Part shown: piece after piece, positions 25,786 through 32,000 of the stretch | How the letters are laid out: every line of letters begins with the position of its first letter | Position numbering within the stretch: the first letter of the stretch is position 1 | Source: Zestosphaera tikiterensis | GTDB taxonomy: Archaea > Thermoproteota > Thermoprotei_A > Sulfolobales > NBVN01 | Length of the DNA stretch: 32,000 bases | Direction of reading: 5' to 3' | Assembly (NCBI GenBank): GCA_003056265.1 | Contig: NBVN01000002.1 | Coordinates: 600,001 to 632,000 of the forward strand | Translations under genes and position numbers: made by a program | The notes under the pieces: generated by a model | What the model was told of the DNA's origin: nothing | The model's input: only the letters and a program-made list of their open reading frames with translations | Database searches by the model: none

Positions 25786-25786
25786 C

Positions 25787-25792
25787 GGTGAG
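25787..25792 (+). promoter_or_regulatory. Shine-Dalgarno-like GGTGAG upstream of ATG 25798
   Basis: GGTGAG lies 5 nt upstream of ATG 25798. This supports that ATG as the real start of the second subunit gene even though its frame closes after 13 codons. Confidence 0.4.
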
Positions 25793-25797
25793 TAGAG

Positions 25798-26843
25798 ATG
25801 AAGTACCCTAAACTAAAACTAAGTTTTTTTACATATTAGTTCCGTCACTCTTAGTCCTCACCATATCCTCTGTCTACGCCTCCGTATTCGTTTACTACCC
25901 CCTCTCAACAAATATTCAGGGGGTTAGCCCTCCGGTCGTCTTTCAGGCTGTTTCCGGCATACCTGCTACGATATCTCCTTGGGGTACATACGCAAGTGTA
26001 TCTCTATCGCTACCCCTAATCGTTGTGAACGCCAACTTCTCCGGAACGCTAAGCCCGTGGACTACTATCTCGAGTATCAGTCAAAGTGCATGGAGTCCCG
26101 CATCTGGTGTTCAGGGAGCATCTGATGGATATGTTGCGAGCTTCTCTGAAACTAATAGAGACGTTGATACTGGTTACGGTGAGATATACCAAGAGATATT
26201 TATACCGAGTGTAGCCGGCTCGAGTAGCTATACGGTAACTGTCTACATAAGATTCCAGATTAGTCGGTTTCAGGCTAGGGGAGGCGGTAGTATCTCTATA
26301 ACGTACGGGCTCTTTAACCCTGCCACAAATTCATGGGTATGTGATCAAAGCAATACATATCAAGGAACAACAGGCTGGACTTCCTATTCTGTTAGTTGCT
26401 CCATAAGTGTGTCGGGTAGCTACAGGCTTCGCGCCTACATAACTGTAACCAACACGCGGACGTTCACCATTTATATAGATTACCTCTACATCTCGGTGTA
26501 TAGCTCCAGCAGTGCTGTCCTCAACGTGTACAACCGAGACTCTCAGCCCTACTATGCTAGACTGATGCTAAATTCTGTCACAGGGTTGAATCCTCAGAAC
26601 CTGTTCTGCGAGATAGGCATAGGGGACTCGCAGCCCATACAGATAAGAAGCGGGCAGATAGTTGCGGGCGAAACGTCGGAGGTTGTCCTCTCTTCAGGTA
26701 GCTTCACACCGATAAATGTGAAATGCCTGACAACGTCTAGAGGTAGCTACACGTTGACTCTAACTCTGAGGTATTGCACGGTACCCGGAGGTAACGGTGT
26801 ATGTGTCTACTACCCCTTAACCATAGTTTTAAGTTCTGGGTAA
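25798..26843 (+). CDS. larger paralogue of the preceding subunit (candidate accessory/tip or anchor subunit); frame interrupted at a T7 run
   Basis: ATG 25798 reads MKYPKLKLSFFTY then stop. The frame of ORF 26025..26843 is open back to 25812 with no ATG/GTG/TTG before 26025, yet it encodes FFYILVPSLLVLTISSVYASVFVYYPLSTNIQGVSPPVVFQAV. A -1 shift (or an eighth T) at T7 25824-25830 joins them into a complete signal peptide plus the conserved block. Confidence 0.65.
25824..25830 (+). other. T7 homopolymer / U UUU UUU slippery heptamer at the frame junction
   Basis: The zero-frame codons are AGT TTT TTT ACA, and the heptamer T_TTT_TTT fits the X_XXY_YYZ pattern. The -1 frame continues TAC ATA TTA GTT (YILV...). 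Confidence 0.5.
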
Positions 26844-26849
26844 TGTAGC

Positions 26850-28001
26850 ATGAAGTACCTCGACTATATAGCTCTTGGTGTTATTCTACTCCTGATCGTA
26901 GGTAGGTTGGTTTGGTTTCCCGTAGCTCTTTTCGTGGTTTCCGGGGATTCCATGCTTCCAACTCTTAAGACTGGGGATTTCGTTTTAGGTGTTGCTACGT
27001 ATTTAAGTGGTTATGGAGTTGGTGATGTTGTTGTTTGGTATGCTACGGTAACGCATGGAACTATACATAGGGTTGTTAACGTTTCTGAAGGGTATGTAGT
27101 AACTAAAGGTGATAATAACCCGTTGCCAGATCCTTCAATACCCGCTTCGTTCGTTAAGTATAAGGTCGTGCTCCACATACCTAGGGAGTTTTGGTTTCCC
27201 GCCGCCCTCACGTTAGCTGCTTTCTATATCTTCACGAAGCGTAGGGAGATTGCCTCAACGTTTAAGACCATCACACCGGGTGAGATGAGGGTGGCTTACG
27301 CAGTATTCATATTTTTCGTAGTTGTTGACGTAGCTACTGTGTTTTTAGTGGGTGTTCAGTACTTCAGCCCGGCAACGGTTTTAATTAAGCCTTCGGTTGA
27401 GTTGAGGAGTATGGAAGTCTCTAAAGATGGGGGTAGTATCTACTTAACTTTCACAGTTAAAAACGCTGAGCCTCTAAACGTAAGTTTATGTGAGGTTACC
27501 TTACTAAACGCTACCTTCCCATGTTTAACGCATCGTTTAGTGGGTTCCGTAGCTGTTGTTGAAGTGCCTAGGGAGGCGTATAGCTACGCCTATAGAGCTT
27601 CAAACAACTACATAACTTACGTAAGCTTAAGGCTAAACATAACGTTCGATAAGGGGTGGGTTGAGGGGAGGTATCCATACACTATAAACTGGAGGGCGCT
27701 TCAAGTATCGGTGATTAACAACTCAGTAGTTATTAACAACCCAAACTACATTCAATTCAACTTAACTGAAGTTAAAGTGATTTATATGGGGGTTAAGCAA
27801 CCCTTCAACACACCTGAGGTTTTGAAGATCGAGTACTTAAGCGATTACGTCGTGGAGGCTGGGAAGTCCTTAACGATAGATGTGATGCCTGTAAACGGCA
27901 GTAGATATGCTTACGTAGAGTTTAAATACGAATTTAAGTTCTGGCCTTACGGCGGGGGTGGGGTAGTTCTTGAGAGGAGGAGGGTTGACTTCAAAGGTTA
28001 A
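26850..28001 (+). CDS. S26-family (ER/archaeal/SipW-type) signal peptidase I fused to two TM helices and a ~200-aa extracellular C-terminal domain
   Basis: N-terminal TM, Ser box VVSGDSMLPTLKTGD, His box GTIHRVV and TKGDNNPLPDP box within the first ~115 aa. Hydrophobic helices follow (FWFPAALTLAAFYIF, VAYAVFIFFVVVDVATVFLVGV), then a beta-rich region with N-x-S/T sequons. Confidence 0.8.
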   Translation: MKYLDYIALGVILLLIVGRLVWFPVALFVVSGDSMLPTLKTGDFVLGVATYLSGYGVGDVVVWYATVTHGTIHRVVNVSEGYVVTKGDNNPLPDPSIPASFVKYKVVLHIPREFWFPAALTLAAFYIFTKRREIASTFKTITPGEMRVAYAVFIFFVVVDVATVFLVGVQYFSPATVLIKPSVELRSMEVSKDGGSIYLTFTVKNAEPLNVSLCEVTLLNATFPCLTHRLVGSVAVVEVPREAYSYAYRASNNYITYVSLRLNITFDKGWVEGRYPYTINWRALQVSVINNSVVINNPNYIQFNLTEVKVIYMGVKQPFNTPEVLKIEYLSDYVVEAGKSLTIDVMPVNGSRYAYVEFKYEFKFWPYGGGGVVLERRRVDFKG

Positions 28002-28002
28002 G

Positions 28003-28578
28003 ATGCTTTACGTACTGGCCTGCGTTTCCGCTACGTTCTTAGGGTTGACGTTAATAACGTCTGTAGTGACGCCTATCTACCGTTTCCACGGCGTTGTGGA
28101 GGGTGAGGTCGCTCTCTCATGGTATCTACTGAGCTACTATGATGAGGTAGTGCGTGTTGCTTCGTTAGATGCTGTGAGGGTTTTAACCATTCCTTTATTT
28201 ATATTATCCACGTTTTTAATCGCTTCTTCAGCTTATGCCTTACTAACGTATGTTTTTAAGAAGTTTAACTCCTTACTTTCGGCGGCGGAGTTGCTTTTAG
28301 GCGGTGGTTTAGCCTCGATAACCATGAGTACGTTACTACTCTCAATAGTTAGGATTTTAACGACTGAAGTAAGTGGGTTAAGCGTTGATAACGTATTCTA
28401 TACGTCGGCAGGCTTGGTAAACTTCGGTAGGACATACTACTACGTAAACAGCCTAACTTCAACCCTCCTAAACCCCTTAACGGTTATGGCGTTAAACACG
28501 ATTAACGCTTTACTTGCTGGCGCTACCTACGTATTGCTGACTTCCGAGGTAGGGACTCAAGAGGAAGGGAGTTCTTGA
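28003..28578 (+). CDS. small polytopic membrane protein (about 4 TM), function unknown
   Basis: I prefer ATG 28003 (MLYVLACVSATFLGLTLITSV), 1 nt after the peptidase stop and preceded by GAGAGGAGGAGGG. The track's TTG 27970 start would overlap the peptidase gene by 32 nt. Confidence 0.65.
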   Translation: MLYVLACVSATFLGLTLITSVVTPIYRFHGVVEGEVALSWYLLSYYDEVVRVASLDAVRVLTIPLFILSTFLIASSAYALLTYVFKKFNSLLSAAELLLGGGLASITMSTLLLSIVRILTTEVSGLSVDNVFYTSAGLVNFGRTYYYVNSLTSTLLNPLTVMALNTINALLAGATYVLLTSEVGTQEEGSS

Positions 28579-28592
28579 GGTTTAAGGTTGGC

Positions 28593-28600
28593 TATATATT
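28593..28600 (+). promoter_or_regulatory. TATA-like box candidate upstream of the MoxR operon
   Basis: TATATATT about 40 nt upstream of GTG 28639, in the 60-nt gap after the 4-TM gene. Confidence 0.3.
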
Positions 28601-28638
28601 CTTTATTAATCCCTCCTTAAACATATTATCTTAGTGGG

Positions 28639-29580
28639 GTGGGGTTTCTGACTTCCTTGTCTAGCGTTATATTTGATAGGCTTTCCAACCTACTTATTGA
28701 GAAGGGTTTAGAGATTAAGTTGATTGTGTCCTGCCTTATAGCTAGAGGTCACGTACTTCTTGAGGGTGTTCCAGGCGTTGCTAAGACTTCAATGGCTAAA
28801 TCCGTTGCTAAGCTCTTCAGCCTTAACTTCAGAAGGGTTCAAATGACTCCGGACCTACTCCCTTTAGATATCGTGGGTTACTACGTCTACGACCAAAGAA
28901 CTGGTGAGTTTAGGTTTAAGCAAGGACCTATATTCACTAACATACTCTTAGTTGATGAGATAAATAGGGCTTCCCCAAGAACTCAAAGTGCTTTACTGGA
29001 GGCTATGCAGGAAAGGCAAGTAACTATAGAGGGGAGTACGTTTAAGCTTGAGGAGCCTTTCTTAGTGATAGCCACTCAAAACCCTATAGAGATGGAGGGT
29101 GTTTTCCCGCTGCCTGAAGCTCAGTTAGATAGGTTCTTAGCTAAGGTTGAGACAGGATATTTAAGCAGTAACGGATTTAAAGAAATGCTTAAGAGGATTG
29201 ACGAGATTGAAAGAGGTGTTGAGGAACTTAAGCCCGTGATGTCTCGCGAGGACCTCCTAACGTTAATGAATAGAGTTAAAGAAGTCAGGGTTGATGACTC
29301 GATATACGATTACGTAGTAAACATAGTTGAGGAAACTAGGAAACACCCAGCGGTTAAGTTAGGTGGGTCGCCTAGGGCTGGGATAGCGATGCTCAGACTA
29401 GCTAAGGCTTGGGCCCTTATAGAAGGGAGGGATTACGTAATACCTGACGACGTCAAGGCTGTAGCGACTGCGGCTTTAACGCATAGGTTGATACTTAAGC
29501 CGGAGTATGAGGTTGAAGGCGTTACATCAACTCAAGTCATTAACGACGTGTTAAGTAAGGTTCCGGTGCCTAAACCTTGA
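28639..29580 (+). CDS. MoxR-family AAA+ ATPase
   Basis: GHVLLEGVPGVAKT (Walker A), LLVDEINRASPRTQSALLEAMQERQVTIEG (Walker B plus the MoxR-typical block), VIATQNP, and C-terminal GGSPRAG...LTHRL lid region. Confidence 0.9.
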   Translation: MGFLTSLSSVIFDRLSNLLIEKGLEIKLIVSCLIARGHVLLEGVPGVAKTSMAKSVAKLFSLNFRRVQMTPDLLPLDIVGYYVYDQRTGEFRFKQGPIFTNILLVDEINRASPRTQSALLEAMQERQVTIEGSTFKLEEPFLVIATQNPIEMEGVFPLPEAQLDRFLAKVETGYLSSNGFKEMLKRIDEIERGVEELKPVMSREDLLTLMNRVKEVRVDDSIYDYVVNIVEETRKHPAVKLGGSPRAGIAMLRLAKAWALIEGRDYVIPDDVKAVATAALTHRLILKPEYEVEGVTSTQVINDVLSKVPVPKP

Positions 29581-30725
29581 AAACACGTTTGAAGATAGTG
29601 GCGTTGTCTTTAGCTACGCTACTCCTACTTAACCTACTCAACTTAGCAGTTACTCAAGCTCAGGAAGTCCCTAGACACACCCCTGGGTTCCCAGAAAGCA
29701 GTTTAGAGGGTTTAACGCCTTTCTTAAGTGAATGGCAGAAAATCCTCAACATGTTGTCTAACGCTACGTTAAGTGATGTTTTAAGTAACGCATCAGCTAA
29801 GGAAGAGCTTCAAAACTACGTTAAAGAGCTTGAAGCTGAGAATAAGTTAACTTTAGAGGAGAGGGAAGCTTTAAAAGCTACTTTAAGCGGGGACGTAAGC
29901 GTTGATGAGTTGATGAAGAACATACGTAATGAGGACTTACGTAATGTATTGAATGAGCTTCTTAACATGAGTAAGGAAGGCCTACTTAAAAGCGAGGATT
30001 TAATGAAGTATTTAAGTATGGTTGCTAAGATGCGTGAAGAGGGCTATATCTCAATAAGCGATTACATATCTGCTTTAAACATTATGAAGACTTTAACGAG
30101 GGATGAAGGAGTGCTCACAGCCATAGATAGTGAGTTACTTAAGTCTATGATTAACTTACTAGCTAGCGCTGGGAGCACGCCTGAATTTACAGCACTGCCT
30201 TCAATACCTTCGGGGAGCCCGTCCTTAAGCCTTAAAACCCCTGAGGTCGGTAGCACATCAAGATACTTAGAGGGGTTTAAAATACCCTCCATATCCGTGG
30301 CTTTCCCCTCACTGTCTCCGCTAGCTCTTCAAGACGTTCTACAATACGTGGTCTTAGCTATTGTTTTGATTGTCGTTTTTTCCTTAGGTTTTCTCTTTAT
30401 TAGAAGGTTTAGAGAACCCATAGCTCGGGCGTTCTCTAAAGCCGTTTTAAGTAGGGGTGAGGTAGGTTTAGAAGGGCTTCCCGAACCCATCAAGTATTAT
30501 TGGAGTTCCGTTAAGGCTGTAGAGACATACACGAAGATTAGGAAGTTAGATAACGTAACTCATAGGGAGTACTTAAGTAGGGTATCGCAGTCTTTAGGTG
30601 ATTTAGTTGAGGAGTTTAAGAAAGTAACTCAAGCCTACGAGCTCGTTAGGTTTGGCGGTTCAGTAAGTGATGAAGTGGTTAAGGAAGCTAAAGAGAGTTA
30701 TGTGATGTTGGTGAGGAGGTTGTGA
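29577..30725 (+). CDS. membrane protein: signal peptide, ~230-aa helical extracytoplasmic region, TM helix, cytoplasmic DUF4129-like tail
   Basis: MKTRLKIVALSLATLLLLNLLNLAVTQAQ signal and TM VLQYVVLAIVLIVVFSLGFLFI. The tail THREYLSRVSQSLGDLVEEFKKVTQAYELVRFGG resembles the DUF4129 pattern (T-x-x-E...Y-x-x-x-RYG). The TTG start overlaps the moxR stop by 4 nt. Confidence 0.6.
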   Translation: MKTRLKIVALSLATLLLLNLLNLAVTQAQEVPRHTPGFPESSLEGLTPFLSEWQKILNMLSNATLSDVLSNASAKEELQNYVKELEAENKLTLEEREALKATLSGDVSVDELMKNIRNEDLRNVLNELLNMSKEGLLKSEDLMKYLSMVAKMREEGYISISDYISALNIMKTLTRDEGVLTAIDSELLKSMINLLASAGSTPEFTALPSIPSGSPSLSLKTPEVGSTSRYLEGFKIPSISVAFPSLSPLALQDVLQYVVLAIVLIVVFSLGFLFIRRFREPIARAFSKAVLSRGEVGLEGLPEPIKYYWSSVKAVETYTKIRKLDNVTHREYLSRVSQSLGDLVEEFKKVTQAYELVRFGGSVSDEVVKEAKESYVMLVRRL

Positions 30726-31855
30726 AAGTCGGTGAGTTAATTCTTAAGGTAGTTCCTAGGTTGGTTGCTTTAGCTGTTCTCTGGGATTCCATAACAATCT
30801 TAACTCAAGAGCTGCCTAAGGTTACCGCCCCTCAAGCCTTCATCTTAAGCCTTATCTCAACCCCTTCAAACATGCTTTTAACGGCGTCTTCAGTAGTTGC
30901 TGTGTTAACGGTTGCTACGTCCTCACCAACGCTTTACGTGTTTTCCGTGATACTCCTAGCAGTCGGTAGAGGTGTTTTAGGCTACGCCATATCCCCTTCA
31001 GTAATCGCCGGCTTGGCTCTAGTCCTTATACTGGATACGTTGGCCTTAACTTACAGAAGCGGTCAAAGAACGTCGGTAAGGATGGGTGGGAAAGCTTTTA
31101 CATACGGTGTTTTAAGCGTTGCGTTTGTTTTCTTGGGGGTTATTACGGCCTCCCTATTCTTCAGTCAATACTTAACGACTGTTGTCACAACCATATTGAG
31201 CGTTTCGAAGTATAGCGTCGTTAAGTACGGTGTCCTAGCTTCCTTAATCGATAATCCATTGATTAAATTATGCGTTGTTGTTTTGATTGTGTTGTTCCTA
31301 TATGAGGTGATAGTCAACGTATTCGACACGGCCTCCATCTACCTAAGGCCTTCGAGGAAAGTCTGTTTATCAACCCTTAAGAACCGCTCTGATATAGACG
31401 TAGTTATTGAGAGGCCCCTACAAACTCTATTCACGTTAATATTAGCTAGTTTAGTAGCTCCCGTTATTTACGTGTTTTTAATCGATATAATCACCCCTAA
31501 GTTAGTCGCGGTGCTCACACCGTTAAGTGGGTTTTTAAAGAATCCCTACGTAGCTGCTGCGTTAAGCTTAGCTACGTATGCATTAGCCTTCGCTTTAACG
31601 AAGCCTTTAATCTCCTCGTTAACTGTGGAGGAGGTTAAGTTAAGGAACTTAACCTTGCCAGCCACTTTAAGCTTGTTCATTTATTTAAGCGCTGTTTTAA
31701 TCTCCTACGATAGGGGCTTAACCTTAAGTCAAAGCTTCTTAAGTCCGGACTTCACGACATTAAGCAACACTCTCTATAGAGGTTATTTAAACTTCTACAC
31801 GTCTTTATTTTATATTCTTGAAATAATACCTAAGCTTGTGGGGGCTGCGCCATGA
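30722..31855 (+). CDS. polytopic integral membrane protein (about 9-10 TM), function unknown
   Basis: 377 aa and almost entirely hydrophobic. The GTG start overlaps the upstream stop (GTGA). Confidence 0.65.
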   Translation: MKVGELILKVVPRLVALAVLWDSITILTQELPKVTAPQAFILSLISTPSNMLLTASSVVAVLTVATSSPTLYVFSVILLAVGRGVLGYAISPSVIAGLALVLILDTLALTYRSGQRTSVRMGGKAFTYGVLSVAFVFLGVITASLFFSQYLTTVVTTILSVSKYSVVKYGVLASLIDNPLIKLCVVVLIVLFLYEVIVNVFDTASIYLRPSRKVCLSTLKNRSDIDVVIERPLQTLFTLILASLVAPVIYVFLIDIITPKLVAVLTPLSGFLKNPYVAAALSLATYALAFALTKPLISSLTVEEVKLRNLTLPATLSLFIYLSAVLISYDRGLTLSQSFLSPDFTTLSNTLYRGYLNFYTSLFYILEIIPKLVGAAP

Positions 31856-32000
31856 GTAAATACATACCTAAACTTAAAATTAATAAAGCGTATCTATACC
31901 TCGCCATCGGTTTAGCCTTACTGGTGTTATCTATGATGTTCTTCTTCATGTCGGTTGGGTATATGGAGAGAGCCTTGATAAGTACGTCACTATTGACGGC
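31852..32000 (+). CDS. hypothetical membrane protein, 3' partial (possibly the DUF58-type partner usual in MoxR operons)
   Basis: ATG 31852 overlaps the upstream TGA (ATGA). The frame is open to the window end and reads MSKYIPKLKINKAYLYLAIGLALLVLSMMFFFMSVGYMERALISTSLLT. The DUF58 assignment is a guess from operon context only. Confidence 0.45.
   Translation, partial: MSKYIPKLKINKAYLYLAIGLALLVLSMMFFFMSVGYMERALISTSLLT

Noticed and set aside
27970-28002. TTG start giving a 32-nt overlap of the 4-TM gene with the signal peptidase gene.
   Set aside because: ATG 28003 gives a normal hydrophobic N-terminus and is preceded by a purine-rich GGAGG-like stretch. The extra MRGGGLTSKVK is probably not translated.
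1-32000. Search by eye for CRISPR repeats, tRNA/rRNA-like GC-rich structured segments, C/D-box sRNA motifs (RTGATGA...CTGA) in intergenic gaps, integrase or transposase genes, and terminal inverted repeats.
   Set aside because: Nothing convincing was found. The intergenic regions are short and AT-rich, and no mobile-element hallmark genes are present. A tRNA or sRNA scan with software would be needed to exclude small RNAs.

Overview
This is a densely coded window of about 32 genes with no rRNA, tRNA, CRISPR array or transposase that I could see. The gene content is archaeal and looks like a thermophilic crenarchaeon of the Thermoproteales type; that placement is inference only. Supporting genes are archaeal DtdA, a geranylgeranyl reductase, a Tes/GDGT-MAS-like radical SAM enzyme and a tungsten-type aldehyde:ferredoxin oxidoreductase, together with many 1-8 nt gene overlaps. 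Left to right: (1) a 5'-partial M20 deacylase, a secreted hypothetical protein and a membrane-anchored transglutaminase-like protein. (2) A minus-strand sugar-acid-type catabolic block at 3.7-11.9 kb (FGGY kinase, D-2-hydroxyacid dehydrogenase, DHDPS/KDG-aldolase-like lyase, two SDRs, TRAP transporter DctPQM) with a divergent HTH_10 regulator. (3) A translationally coupled KaiC-like ATPase plus HTH/coiled-coil protein. (4) An S9 acylaminoacyl-peptidase whose N-terminus appears cut off by a frame break at an A5 run. (5) An operon of 4-cluster ferredoxin, AOR and a MoaD-like protein ending in Gly-Gly. (6) An MBL-fold protein, DtdA, and the geranylgeranyl reductase convergent with the Tes-like enzyme. 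(7) The most interesting part, a same-strand block from 25.2 kb to the window end. It holds two paralogous secreted proteins with a TasA/SipW-class signal-mature junction (the second broken by a -1 frame change at a T7 run), a dedicated S26 signal peptidase carrying a large C-terminal extracellular domain, and a 4-TM protein. These are followed by a chain with 4-nt overlaps: MoxR AAA+ ATPase, a DUF4129-like membrane protein, a polytopic membrane protein and one further gene. I read this block as a candidate donor-strand extracellular filament (bundling-pilus-like) system, possibly coupled to a MoxR module.
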